Below are positions 17,377 through 27,519 of a DNA stretch of 48,321 bases, piece after piece; the first letter of the stretch is position 1, and each line of letters starts with the position of its first letter. The position numbers and the translations under genes were made by a program. The DNA comes from an uncultured bacterium (GTDB taxonomy: Bacteria; Fidelibacterota; Marinisomatia; Marinisomatales; UBA1611), in NCBI GenBank assembly GCA_943788175.1, contig CALSPG010000009.1, positions 1 to 48,321 of the forward strand, read 5' to 3'. The notes below the pieces were generated by a model. That model had not been told where the DNA came from. It made no database searches and worked only from the letters and a program-made list of their open reading frames with translations.

Positions 17377-18599
17377 TTAATTTTAAAAAACTAAATATTA
17401 TTGAGACTCCATGGAAAATAATTTTTTCTGCATCTTTGTTAAGTTCTATTGGCCTTGTCGCACTTAGTAGTATTTCTTATCAAAGTCCATCTATCGTCCA
17501 AAATCCGTTTTTCAAACAATTGTTTTTCTTGATTTTTGCTTTTGCCGGTTTTTTAATTGCGTTTCTTACACCAAAATATTTAATCCATAAATATGCTTAC
17601 GTAATCTATAGTCTCGGGATAGTATTGGTAATCCTCCCATTTTTTGGTGCTACTCATGCGGGTACTTACAGGTGGCTCAATATTGGTTTGCCTTTTAATT
17701 TTCAACCAAGTGAATTTGCTAAAATATTTACTGTGATTGCGTTAGCTAGGTATTTATCTGATAATACTATAAATATTCAATATTTTAAATCCATCCTAAT
17801 TCCAATTTTAATTGCATTATTTCCATCGTTAGTTGTCTTAAATCAGCCAGATTTAGGAACTGCTCTCGTGATGATCAGTGTTATTTTCCCAATGTTATAT
17901 TGGTCTGGAGCTAGGCCCTTTTATCTTTTTTTACTAGTTGCGCCTATTTTGTCAATATTAACTGCTTTTAATGTTATCACTTTTTCAATTTGGGCTTTAA
18001 TTATTGCAGCAGTAATTTTTTATTCAAATACAAAAATTATTTCAGGTGCTGGTTATTTTTTTGGTAATGTATTTTTTGGTCTTTTGTCTCGACCCATCTG
18101 GGATATGCTCAACCCGTACCAGCAAAACAGGGTGTTGACATTTATTTATCCAGAAAAAGACCCTTTAGGTGCTGCTTATCAGATTATACAGAGCAAAACT
18201 GCTATTGGCTCTGGAGGATTATTTGGGAAAGGTTGGGGTGAGGGTACACAAACTCATTTAAAGTTTTTGCCAGTTCAAGAATCTGATTTTATCCTCTCAG
18301 TAATTGGAGAAGAATTTGGGTTTATAGCGATAGTTGTTATTTTGATTATATTTGGTTATTTGATTAGTTCCATAATTAGAAATTCTTTTTTATCAAAAGA
18401 TAAGTTTTCAAGCTTGAGTCTCATCGGCTTAGGCTCTATACTTTTGGCTCACGTCTTTGTGAATACGGCAATGACTGTTGGTTTGATCCCTGTAAAAGGC
18501 CTACCTCTTCCTTTTATTTCAGCAGGAGGGACGTTCCTTGTTACCAGTTATTTGATGATAGGGCTAATTATGAGGTTTAGTATTAATTATTCTGATTGA
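17373..18599 (+). CDS. rodA: SEDS peptidoglycan glycosyltransferase RodA
   Basis: QPSEFAK, QPDLGTA, AIGSGG, GEEFGF, GLPLPFIS. Confidence 0.95.
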   Translation: MINFKKLNIIETPWKIIFSASLLSSIGLVALSSISYQSPSIVQNPFFKQLFFLIFAFAGFLIAFLTPKYLIHKYAYVIYSLGIVLVILPFFGATHAGTYRWLNIGLPFNFQPSEFAKIFTVIALARYLSDNTINIQYFKSILIPILIALFPSLVVLNQPDLGTALVMISVIFPMLYWSGARPFYLFLLVAPILSILTAFNVITFSIWALIIAAVIFYSNTKIISGAGYFFGNVFFGLLSRPIWDMLNPYQQNRVLTFIYPEKDPLGAAYQIIQSKTAIGSGGLFGKGWGEGTQTHLKFLPVQESDFILSVIGEEFGFIAIVVILIIFGYLISSIIRNSFLSKDKFSSLSLIGLGSILLAHVFVNTAMTVGLIPVKGLPLPFISAGGTFLVTSYLMIGLIMRFSINYSD

Positions 18600-18617
18600 T
18601 GATAATATTTTAAGATA

Positions 18618-18646
18618 TTGTTGTTCTGTTTTTTATCGGGTAAATT
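18618..18646 (+). promoter_or_regulatory. possible sigma70-type promoter
   Basis: TTGTTG-N17-TAAATT upstream of ATG 18683; weak evidence in AT-rich DNA. Confidence 0.3.
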
Positions 18647-18682
18647 ATATTGAAGATTTTGTTTAATAAAATTGGTAATCAT

Positions 18683-19504
18683 ATGGTTAAATCATCCAAA
18701 ATTATATTTTTATTCGCACTTATCCTTACTAATAGTTCATTGTTATTTTCTCAAAGTTCCAAAAACTATGACAAAGAATTAAGACGGCTTAATGCTAAAA
18801 TAGACAGGGTTCGAGTATTGGTAGACTCTCTAGAATTTAATGATAGACTCCTGTTGCCAGAATTAATGTCTGCATTCAGAAAATCTGTTAGTAGTAAAGC
18901 TCAGCAAGATTCAATTACTGTTGTTATGATGAAGAGAATTAATACACTAAATAACAAAATTGCTAAGTTAGAAAATCAAGCAAAATTTATGGATAGCACA
19001 TCTCTCGAAATATATAATAAACTAGTTATGATTGAAAATAAAATTGTTACTCTTACAAACAGTTATAATGAAATGTCTCAAATGAAATCAGGATCAATTG
19101 CTGCTACTGAGCCACAGTTTAATGCGGCAAAGTACAAAAAACATTACATGAAGAGTCTTGGTTTTTTCCAAAATCAAGAATATGATAGTGCCATTAAGGG
19201 GTTTGCAGATTTGGTCAGTTCTGATGCTACAAATGATTTAGCTGATAATTGTCAATATTGGCTTGCTGAATGTTATTATTCAAAAAAAGACTTTAAAAGA
19301 GCCGTCGGAGAATTTGTGAAAGTTTTTAATTATGCGGGTACGGACAAAGATGATGATGCGCAATTAAAGCTTGGACTTGCATATCAAAGTATGGGAAGTA
19401 TTGAAAAAGCAAAGCAAGAGTTTCAAAGATTAATTGATTACTTCCCTGGCAGTGAATACTACCCAAAAGCAAAAGACGCACTGAGAAAGCTATCCCTTGA
19501 CTAA
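18683..19504 (+). CDS. CpoB/YbgF-like coiled-coil + TPR periplasmic protein
   Basis: Signal peptide from ATG 18683, coiled coil, LADNCQYWLAECYY..DAQLKLG..LIDYFPGS TPRs. Confidence 0.8.
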   Translation: MVKSSKIIFLFALILTNSSLLFSQSSKNYDKELRRLNAKIDRVRVLVDSLEFNDRLLLPELMSAFRKSVSSKAQQDSITVVMMKRINTLNNKIAKLENQAKFMDSTSLEIYNKLVMIENKIVTLTNSYNEMSQMKSGSIAATEPQFNAAKYKKHYMKSLGFFQNQEYDSAIKGFADLVSSDATNDLADNCQYWLAECYYSKKDFKRAVGEFVKVFNYAGTDKDDDAQLKLGLAYQSMGSIEKAKQEFQRLIDYFPGSEYYPKAKDALRKLSLD

Positions 19505-19523
19505 TAAAAACAAGAAATGATAT

Positions 19524-20363
19524 ATGCCAAAACCAAAAAAAATATACTTTAGCACTACAGAAATTGTTCCATTTGCAAATGTGTCAAATTTTGCAAGTTT
19601 TTCAACTGTTGTTCCGGCAATGCTTCAAGAATTAGGTCATGACATTAGAACTATTATTCCCAAGTATGGTTTTATTAGTGAACGTAAATATATTCTTAGA
19701 GAGGTTATCAGATTAAGAGAAATTCCTTTTAACTTTCGCGGAGAAGAAGAATCTGCAAGCGCTAAGAGTGCATTTATTCCTAAGACTAGAGTTCAAGTTT
19801 ATTTTCTTGAGAGCGAAAAATGGTTTCAGCCTTTGACAAATTTATTGTATAAATCTAAAAACGGTAGAATCTTAATGGATAATGTTGAGAGATATGCATA
19901 TTTTTCTAAAGCTGTAATCAGTACTCTTCCTCATCTTTTTTGGGTTCCAGACATTTTTGTTTGTAATGGTTGGCAATCAGCTCTAATCCCCAATTATTAC
20001 AAGAATGAATACGAAGGTATAAGCGATTTTTACAAGAAAATTAAAACAGTTTTAGTCGTTCATGATCAAGATGAATACTCGCTAGTGGATAGGGCAGAAC
20101 TTGTTAAAATGGGAATTGAGATTGATCCTAAGATTAAAGGTTCGAAATTAAATATATATGATGTTGCCAGTTATAGCGCCGATGCTATTTTAGTAATGAA
20201 TAGGCCGGGGGAAAAGATATCTACAAATTTGCTTAAAAGATCTGCTTTTAAAGACAACAAGGACAAGATTACAGTTTTTGATCAAGAAGATGCAGAGGAT
20301 ATAGATTTTAATGCAATGACAGAGTCTTTAGAGGAAGTCATATTTGATGCTACATCTAAGTAA
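19524..20363 (+). CDS. glycogen/starch synthase N-terminal-domain-only protein (GT5-like)
   Basis: EIVPF, GHDIRTIIPKYG, DNVERYAYF, PDIFVCNGWQSAL; only 279 aa; KTGGL motif absent. Confidence 0.85.
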   Translation: MPKPKKIYFSTTEIVPFANVSNFASFSTVVPAMLQELGHDIRTIIPKYGFISERKYILREVIRLREIPFNFRGEEESASAKSAFIPKTRVQVYFLESEKWFQPLTNLLYKSKNGRILMDNVERYAYFSKAVISTLPHLFWVPDIFVCNGWQSALIPNYYKNEYEGISDFYKKIKTVLVVHDQDEYSLVDRAELVKMGIEIDPKIKGSKLNIYDVASYSADAILVMNRPGEKISTNLLKRSAFKDNKDKITVFDQEDAEDIDFNAMTESLEEVIFDATSK

Positions 20364-20519
20364 TTAAAATTATATAAATCATCTATTTAGCGGATACTAT
20401 CGTTCTTAAAGACCAAATCTGACAAGCGTATTTATTAATCAAAGATTTTCGGCTACCACAATACTACTGTTAAAAATAAAAAATTTGGAACTTTTCAAAC
20501 TATCCTAGGTTAACTATAA

Positions 20520-21740
20520 ATGAAATTTACCAGTCTATTATCCACAATAGGTTTATGTGGCCTTTTACTTTTTTTTGCAAATTGCTCTGAAGAGCCAATT
20601 CAATCTGATCTTTCCAATATTAGCCAATCTATTGATACTCTATTAATCACTAGCAGTGATATAACAGCTTTTAATTACCAAGTTTCTCCAGATATTGGTG
20701 GCTACAATAAATTATATGTCGGCAACCAAGATGGTTTCAACTTTACTAGCTCGCTTTTAAAATTTTCTACAATTGGATGGAATACTTTTATTGATTCAAC
20801 TGTGACTGTGGATAGTTTATTCTTTAAAGTTTTTGCTGGAGATAGTTCTCTTACAATTGATAACAACTTAAAATTATATTTTTCAAATGATTCAATATTT
20901 GATGAAAATAATAGTTCTTTAGCTGATTTATCTAACATTGATTTTTCTTCATGGAGTAATTTAGGCTCACCTGCAATTGACGTTATAATTGATACTTCTG
21001 ATACTGTTAGTCAATTTCAAGAGACTTCTCTGTCATGGAATCTGAGTAGCATATCTGAGTCTTTAATTGATACGACCAAATTATATCGTACCTTTGCTTT
21101 GTCTTATGGTGCAGACGAATCATTTATTGAGCTATTTAGTAGAGAATACAGCTCTGGAAGCCTAGATCCTAAGATAGAGGTTTATTATAGAAGTGAGGTT
21201 GATCTTAGCTCAGATTCTACTATTATTGACACTCTCACTAGACTTGTATACGTTTCCGAAGATTTGTCTATCCTTAAAGATGTGGAGAATGCTATTAATG
21301 TTGATAATTCTATATTTATAAGTCGAGCTAGGGGATATCGGTCAGTTTTTAATATTCCTTTTGACTCTCTTTCATTACCACCATACTCTGTAATTCGTTA
21401 CGCAAACTTATCTTTATATCAGAAAGAAAATACTAATGATACTTTAAAATCTTTTTCTGTAAGAATGGAACCGCTTAAAGTGGAAATTGATACATCTTCT
21501 CAGGTTTTTGAATTAGATCCGTATGATTATCTAGGGCAGCATTATTCCTCTGCGACAACAGCAAGTGGAAAGCTTGAAATTTCTTTAAAATCATATTTTC
21601 AATCTATTTTAATGACAGATTCTATTAAAAACGTTGGTTTTAAACTTTATTCAAATATGAGCAATGATTTATTTGATAGTTTGTCTTTTGATTTAGATAA
21701 TGTAAATAACCGCTTAGAGATTTTTTATGTTGCTCCTTAA
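20520..21740 (+). CDS. acidic lipoprotein, DUF4270-like
   Basis: Lipobox FANC followed by SEE; two beta-rich halves ending PKIEVYY and RLEIFY; follows the half-GlgA gene as DUF4270 genes do in Bacteroidota. Confidence 0.65.
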   Translation: MKFTSLLSTIGLCGLLLFFANCSEEPIQSDLSNISQSIDTLLITSSDITAFNYQVSPDIGGYNKLYVGNQDGFNFTSSLLKFSTIGWNTFIDSTVTVDSLFFKVFAGDSSLTIDNNLKLYFSNDSIFDENNSSLADLSNIDFSSWSNLGSPAIDVIIDTSDTVSQFQETSLSWNLSSISESLIDTTKLYRTFALSYGADESFIELFSREYSSGSLDPKIEVYYRSEVDLSSDSTIIDTLTRLVYVSEDLSILKDVENAINVDNSIFISRARGYRSVFNIPFDSLSLPPYSVIRYANLSLYQKENTNDTLKSFSVRMEPLKVEIDTSSQVFELDPYDYLGQHYSSATTASGKLEISLKSYFQSILMTDSIKNVGFKLYSNMSNDLFDSLSFDLDNVNNRLEIFYVAP

Positions 21741-23040
21741 TAAATTGCTCAAGATATTATTTTTTGTCTCAATGTGTTTTTCTCAAGGGCCATCTAATGG
21801 TTATGGAATAGGTAGTCTTCAACAATGGTCCTCCGCCTCTGCTGGTGGGAGCAGTTCTCTTGGAATGACGCCCTCTTACAGAAATCATGTCTCTTTATCA
21901 AATCCAACGACATGGTCAAATTTAAAGTTTACTTCTTTGTCTATAGCTTACAATGGATTTGAGTCGACAATAAAAAATAACTCTATAAACGGCTATTCAA
22001 ACTTGCAATCTGCGCAACTTATCATCCCTATAAAGCGAAAGCATGCTTTAGGTATTGAGCTTCATCCATATTCTTACCAAAAGGTCAATTTGCTTGACTC
22101 ATTAAACTCTGAATCAATCGTTTTTGGAGACACAGTTTCCATGGCGAAAGAATATAAACAAGCTGGAGGTATAATGGCCTTTAACTTATCTGTAGCTTCA
22201 TCAATACTTCCTAAGACGAGTATAGGTGTTACGTTTCAACTTCTTTTTGGTTCTTCTAGGCAGAGTAATAATTTAAATATTGATGAAATTCCATATACAT
22301 TATCTTCTAGGTTAAATTTTTCGGGGATTAATGCTCTGTTGTTTGCAGAACATAAAATTAATGAATTGAGTTTATATTTTAAATCCAAGGTTTCTATTAA
22401 ACCTCTAGAAGCTTTAAGTACTAAGCTTTATCCATATTTTGATGCAAATAAAAATGGGTATCATGATCTTGTTTACGATTATCTAAATCCGGGGTATGAT
22501 TTCCCTGAACCCAATGATGTTCCTAATCCATTAACGAAGAGGCTAACTGATATTCATAGGCCATTTTCTTTGGGCATAGGAGTATCAAAAATATTTCTAG
22601 ATAGGTTACAATTATCCTTAGAGTTTGAAAAAAATGAAGATAATTCTTCTTTTGAAAATGAAATGCCTAACAGTTTTAATAACAGAATAGTTAATAGTAA
22701 CCATATTTCTTTGGGTGTAGTCTGGTTTTCAAATGAAAAATCATTTCAATTATTTGACAATTTTACTTTTCGTTCTGGTTTTTCTGTTAATGCTTACACT
22801 CTTGATGAGTTTAATAATGCTTCACTCCTTAGAATAGACGGCCAAAATAATATTTCTGAGATTGGTTTCTCTTTTGGTTTTGGATATAAATTTAAAACAG
22901 TGGGAAATCAGATAGATTTTACTTATCATTCTAGTCTAAGGGATCATTCGAATATTTTTATTGGTGAAGAACTTTTTAGAGGATTTCAAGTAGGAATAAG
23001 TATTGCTGATATATGGTTTATAAAAAGGAGACAAAGGTAG
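21727..23040 (+). CDS. FadL-like outer-membrane beta-barrel
   Basis: YGIG..A..LG..NP N-terminal hatch, PYS motif, amphipathic strands, FRSG, basic C-terminus IADIWFIKRRQR. Confidence 0.75.
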   Translation: MLLLNKLLKILFFVSMCFSQGPSNGYGIGSLQQWSSASAGGSSSLGMTPSYRNHVSLSNPTTWSNLKFTSLSIAYNGFESTIKNNSINGYSNLQSAQLIIPIKRKHALGIELHPYSYQKVNLLDSLNSESIVFGDTVSMAKEYKQAGGIMAFNLSVASSILPKTSIGVTFQLLFGSSRQSNNLNIDEIPYTLSSRLNFSGINALLFAEHKINELSLYFKSKVSIKPLEALSTKLYPYFDANKNGYHDLVYDYLNPGYDFPEPNDVPNPLTKRLTDIHRPFSLGIGVSKIFLDRLQLSLEFEKNEDNSSFENEMPNSFNNRIVNSNHISLGVVWFSNEKSFQLFDNFTFRSGFSVNAYTLDEFNNASLLRIDGQNNISEIGFSFGFGYKFKTVGNQIDFTYHSSLRDHSNIFIGEELFRGFQVGISIADIWFIKRRQR

Positions 23041-23041
23041 T

Positions 23042-24328
23042 ATGCAATTATTGACAAATCGAGTTTTATTTATAGGCCTCTTTTTATTTGTTTTTTCAAT
23101 GTGTGTTCCTCCAAAGGATGGTTCAGATATGGATTTTGCAAAAGAAAAAGCTAGGTTAGATTCTCTAAGAGACGTCAGGTGCCCTCGCTTAATGAGTAGC
23201 GCTGCTGAATATTATCGCAATCGTGACTGGAAGCAAACCATTAGAATCTACAGTGAAATTACAGATTTAAGTTGTGACGAATGGAATGCTGTTTATGCTC
23301 CACCTGAAGAAATATATCAGTATTATTCATTTGCTTACACACAAATTGGCCGATTTGATAGTGCAGAATATGTTTTAGTAGATGGTCTACAAAAAATCCC
23401 GCAAAATGTTCAATTAAGAAAGCAACTAGCATACGCATACAAAAGGCAAGGTAAGGTAGATAAAGAAATTATTGAATATGAGCGTTTGGTAGATATTGCG
23501 CCGAATGATATTAGTATTCTAAATGACCTAGCAAAAATTTATAAAGATCAAGGTAACTACGATAATCAGATAATAGTACTCAGAAAGATACTTAGAGTCG
23601 ATGATACAAATGATGTTGCTCAAAGTGAGCTTGCCATTGCTTATGAAAATAGTGGAAAAAATCCATTAGAAGTATATGAAAAACGTTATTCAGACAATCC
23701 TGACAATATAAGTTATGGCCTTGATTATTCTGATAGACTCATAAAGGCTGACAGAGCAGACGAAGCTATGGATATTCTTAAAAGAATTATTTCAAAAGAA
23801 CCAACTAGTAAGCTCGCATATCAGAAATTAGGAAAAGTATCTTGGGAGTCCGATGAATTAGAGAATGCAGCATCTGCTTATGAATCATTATTTAAAATTG
23901 ATCCTAGAGATGGTCGAGTTGCTATAACCATTTCAGATATTTACATTGATATTGAAAATTATGGAAAGGCTCTCCGTTGGGCTGATAAATCTATTAATTT
24001 AATTGATAATAGTGGAAATGGATTTGGTCAAAAAGGTAAAGTGTTCTACAAAGCCTGGGAGTCACTTAAAAACAACCCCTTAACTGTCGATGATAGAATT
24101 GTAGCAAAACTTGCTTATGATAATTTTACCAAAGCTAACGAAATGAATTACAGAGGCTTTAATCGATTGAAGTATCTAAAAGACAATGCGAAAGATTTGT
24201 TATACGGAAAAGCTCAATGGTTTATGGCTGAAGATAAAGTAAAAAGATCGGGCGTAATTCGGACTACTACAGCTAGCTACGATTGGGTAACAGATAATCT
24301 TTCTCCAGAAAAAAATTGGAAAAAATAA
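23042..24328 (+). CDS. TPR repeat protein, probable lipoprotein
   Basis: Signal ending FSMC; many TPR-like helical repeats. Confidence 0.82.
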   Translation: MQLLTNRVLFIGLFLFVFSMCVPPKDGSDMDFAKEKARLDSLRDVRCPRLMSSAAEYYRNRDWKQTIRIYSEITDLSCDEWNAVYAPPEEIYQYYSFAYTQIGRFDSAEYVLVDGLQKIPQNVQLRKQLAYAYKRQGKVDKEIIEYERLVDIAPNDISILNDLAKIYKDQGNYDNQIIVLRKILRVDDTNDVAQSELAIAYENSGKNPLEVYEKRYSDNPDNISYGLDYSDRLIKADRADEAMDILKRIISKEPTSKLAYQKLGKVSWESDELENAASAYESLFKIDPRDGRVAITISDIYIDIENYGKALRWADKSINLIDNSGNGFGQKGKVFYKAWESLKNNPLTVDDRIVAKLAYDNFTKANEMNYRGFNRLKYLKDNAKDLLYGKAQWFMAEDKVKRSGVIRTTTASYDWVTDNLSPEKNWKK

Positions 24329-25627
24329 ATGTCTTATATCAAAGATAGCGACCCCGAATTATATGATATTATCCAAAGAGAAGAGGAAAGAGAGCATAAT
24401 ACACTTGAACTTATAGCCTCCGAGAATTTTACGAGCCCGGCAATTTTAGAAGCTGCTGGAGGCATTATGACTAATAAGTATGCTGAAGGTTATCCTGGCA
24501 AAAGGTATTATGGCGGTTGTGTCCATGTAGATGAGGCTGAAAACTTAGCTGTTGATAGGCTTAAAAGCCTTTTTAAAGTTGAATATGGCAATGTTCAACC
24601 TCATTCAGGCTCTCAAGCGAATATGGCTGTTTTTATGACCTTTCTTTCCGTAGGAGATACAGTTATGGGCCTTGACTTAGCACATGGGGGACATCTAACT
24701 CATGGAAGCCCAGTTAATTTTTCAGGTCAGCTTTATAATTTTGTGAATTATCAGGTTGATAAAAATACTGGACGTGTAGATTTTGATAATGTAAGAGCGT
24801 TAGCTAGAGAGCATAAGCCTAAAATGATTATTTGCGGTGGTAGTGCTTATCCACGGTTTGTTGAATTTGAAATTTTTCATGAAATTGCAACTGAGATTGG
24901 TGCTTTTTTAATGGCAGACATTGCTCATCCTAGTGGTTTAATAGCTGCAGGCGTTCATCCTTCTCCAGTTCCATATTGCGATGTAATTACAAGTACTACT
25001 CATAAGACTTTAAGAGGCCCTAGGGGCGGAATTATCATGATGGGAAAAGATAAAGAGAACACCTGGGGGAAAATCGCTCCGAAATCTGGTAGAACAAAAA
25101 TGATATCAGAACTACTTGATTCAGCCGTAATGCCGGGTATGCAAGGTGGTCCATTAATGCATATAATTTCTGCAAAAGCTATTGCTTTTGGTGAAGCGAT
25201 TAAAGATGATTTCAAGGTTTATGCAAATAAAATTGTAGAAAATGCGAAGGTAATGGCTCAAGAGCTCATTGAAATGGACTACAATATTGTTTCTGGCGGT
25301 ACTGATACACATATAGTATTAATTGATTTAACAAATAAAAGTATATCAGGTAAAGCTGCAGAAAAAGCGTTAGAAAAAGCAGGGATTACAGTTAATAAAA
25401 ATATGGTGCCATTTGATCAACGTAGTCCTTTTATTACAAGTGGTATAAGGGTCGGTACGCCCGCAATTACTACAAGAAATATGGGTGCTCAAGAAATGAA
25501 AAAAGTAGCGCAATTGATTGATATGGTGATAAATAACCCCGATAGTGATGTTAACCTAAAAAAAGTAAAATCAAACGTTAAGGATCTTTGTGAATCATAT
25601 CCGATCTACAAAGAAATTTCGCATTAA
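24329..25627 (+). CDS. glyA: serine hydroxymethyltransferase
   Basis: [40 protein letters not shown]. Confidence 0.98.
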   Translation: MSYIKDSDPELYDIIQREEEREHNTLELIASENFTSPAILEAAGGIMTNKYAEGYPGKRYYGGCVHVDEAENLAVDRLKSLFKVEYGNVQPHSGSQANMAVFMTFLSVGDTVMGLDLAHGGHLTHGSPVNFSGQLYNFVNYQVDKNTGRVDFDNVRALAREHKPKMIICGGSAYPRFVEFEIFHEIATEIGAFLMADIAHPSGLIAAGVHPSPVPYCDVITSTTHKTLRGPRGGIIMMGKDKENTWGKIAPKSGRTKMISELLDSAVMPGMQGGPLMHIISAKAIAFGEAIKDDFKVYANKIVENAKVMAQELIEMDYNIVSGGTDTHIVLIDLTNKSISGKAAEKALEKAGITVNKNMVPFDQRSPFITSGIRVGTPAITTRNMGAQEMKKVAQLIDMVINNPDSDVNLKKVKSNVKDLCESYPIYKEISH

Positions 25628-26492
25628 AGGATTATTTTACTTATTATTTATCTTATTTTTTAGTTCTTGCAGCCCTACGGTCTATGTCTTGGACAAAACT
25701 CCTAAAGTTGCTGGGCATTTATACAAAAAAACCGCTCTTAATAAAGTTCAAAAAAAATTAAAAAAAGATCCTAATAATATTGATTACAAGATTGAGGGAG
25801 TTGAAACTTTAACTACCTATGCGTTCGGCTTTTTAATTGAACTATCTGATCGTTTAATGTTGGAAAATTATTCAAAAGCGAAAACTTTTGAATTGGAAGC
25901 TCATCAGTACTTTGAGAATGCTGTTTCTTACGGTGATTCTTCAATTAGTTATCTTTATAATAATTATTATAAGTGGTTGTGCGACGACACAAACTCAAGT
26001 ACTGATAATATACCAAGCGTTGATATTGAAAATAGTGACTTGGAATTATTATACTGGACTGCTGCTGCCTATGGAGGTGCAATAAGCTCTAGTAGTGGAA
26101 ATCCTGAGTGGATTATAAAACTGCCTAGAGTTGGGAAGTTATTATATTCTATAGTCGCTTTAGATCCCAATTGGAATAATGGTGCTGCGTTGGTTGCCTT
26201 AATAACATATTCAATGAACAACCCATTGATGACTTCAGAAGAAGCAGATTCTGTTTCAAAACATTTATTTGAATCTGCTGTAAAAGCATCTAATGGAAAG
26301 GATATGACTCCTTATATTACCTTTGCGGAATCAGTCTCAAAGACCAGGCAAAACAGAGATGAATTTGTCTATTTATTAAATGAAGCATTAAAAATAAACA
26401 CAAAATCTGCCAAACAATTTCAACTGACAAATACAATAAATAAAAATAGAGCTGAGTGGCTCCTGGATAATATTGATGAATTTTTTTATTAA
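25590..26492 (+). CDS. TRAP transporter TatT component lipoprotein
   Basis: Lipobox [32 protein letters not shown] motifs; upstream of dctP; GTG start with AAGGA, overlapping glyA by 38 bp. Confidence 0.82.
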   Translation: MNHIRSTKKFRIKGLFYLLFILFFSSCSPTVYVLDKTPKVAGHLYKKTALNKVQKKLKKDPNNIDYKIEGVETLTTYAFGFLIELSDRLMLENYSKAKTFELEAHQYFENAVSYGDSSISYLYNNYYKWLCDDTNSSTDNIPSVDIENSDLELLYWTAAAYGGAISSSSGNPEWIIKLPRVGKLLYSIVALDPNWNNGAALVALITYSMNNPLMTSEEADSVSKHLFESAVKASNGKDMTPYITFAESVSKTRQNRDEFVYLLNEALKINTKSAKQFQLTNTINKNRAEWLLDNIDEFFY

Positions 26493-26508
26493 AAAAAGGT
26501 TACATGGT

Positions 26509-27510
26509 ATGAATAAGGTTATAATATATATATCAATTTTGTTAATGTTCACTGAGTTCTCTTTTGCTAGAAAGACAATTATCAAGATGGCAACATTAGC
26601 GCCTGAAGGTACTCCCTGGTACTCACTGATTGCAAAAATGGGGGAGCGTTGGACAGAAGAAACGAATGGCAATGTAAGGTTGAGAATCTATCCCGGAGGC
26701 ATTGTCGGCGATGAGCGTGATATGATAAGAAAAATGAAAATCGGTCAAATTCATGGTGCAGCTATTTCAGCTGAGGGCTTAACAGAAATAAACCCACAAT
26801 ATACTTATTGTTTTATTCCATTGCTTTTTCAAGAGTATGGAGATATAGACTATATAAGAAACGAAATCAAAGATGATTTAATAAGTGGTGCGGAAAAAAA
26901 TGGGGTCAAAGTTTTGACCATGGTAGATGTTGGATGGGTGTATTGGTTTACTAAAAATCCTATTTTTACACCTGAAGATTTAAAATCTCAGAAAATTTGG
27001 ACTTGGGCAGGTGATTATAAAACTGCAAAATTATATGATGAGGCTGGTTTTAATGCAGTGCCGCTTGCAGTCCCAGATGTACATTCTAGTCTACAAACGG
27101 GACTTGTAAACGCTATGCCATTTCCACCTTTATATGTTGCAGCAAATCAATATTTTGGTATTACACAAAACATGTTAAATATGAAATGGGGTATTCTAAC
27201 AGCAGCTCTAGTGATAGATTTAAAAATGTGGAATAGGATAAAACCAAAATATCAAAAGGCTATGCTAAAAGTTTCTGAAGAGACTGGTATAGAATACCAG
27301 CTAAACAATCGAAAAGAAGAAGACGAGGCAGTTGAGGTTATGAAAGAATATGGGTTGAAAGTTAATAACTTAAACCAAGACCAAGTTGACGAATGGAACG
27401 AATTAGTTGAATCAATGTACCCACTAATTAGAGGTAATATAGTTCAGGAAGAAATTTTTGATAGAGTAATGGATTTAAAAAGTGGCATGCCTTCAATGAA
27501 AAAAAAATAA
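26509..27510 (+). CDS. dctP: TRAP substrate-binding protein (DctP/TatP type)
   Basis: KMATLAPEGTPW, YPGGIVGDE, SLQTGLV; start moved to ATG 26509. Confidence 0.92.
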   Translation: MNKVIIYISILLMFTEFSFARKTIIKMATLAPEGTPWYSLIAKMGERWTEETNGNVRLRIYPGGIVGDERDMIRKMKIGQIHGAAISAEGLTEINPQYTYCFIPLLFQEYGDIDYIRNEIKDDLISGAEKNGVKVLTMVDVGWVYWFTKNPIFTPEDLKSQKIWTWAGDYKTAKLYDEAGFNAVPLAVPDVHSSLQTGLVNAMPFPPLYVAANQYFGITQNMLNMKWGILTAALVIDLKMWNRIKPKYQKAMLKVSEETGIEYQLNNRKEEDEAVEVMKEYGLKVNNLNQDQVDEWNELVESMYPLIRGNIVQEEIFDRVMDLKSGMPSMKKK

Positions 27511-27519
27511 AAATCAATA

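Noticed and set aside
19524-20363. glgA call or pseudogene call
   Set aside because: Lacks KTGGL and the C-terminal lobe, so not a functional GlgA; no downstream remnant or frameshift is visible, so not evidently a pseudogene.
25035-25110. Insertion in GlyA ([19 protein letters not shown]) as a novelty
   Set aside because: Resembles the insertion seen in Bacteroidota/spirochaete-type SHMTs; only a lineage hint.
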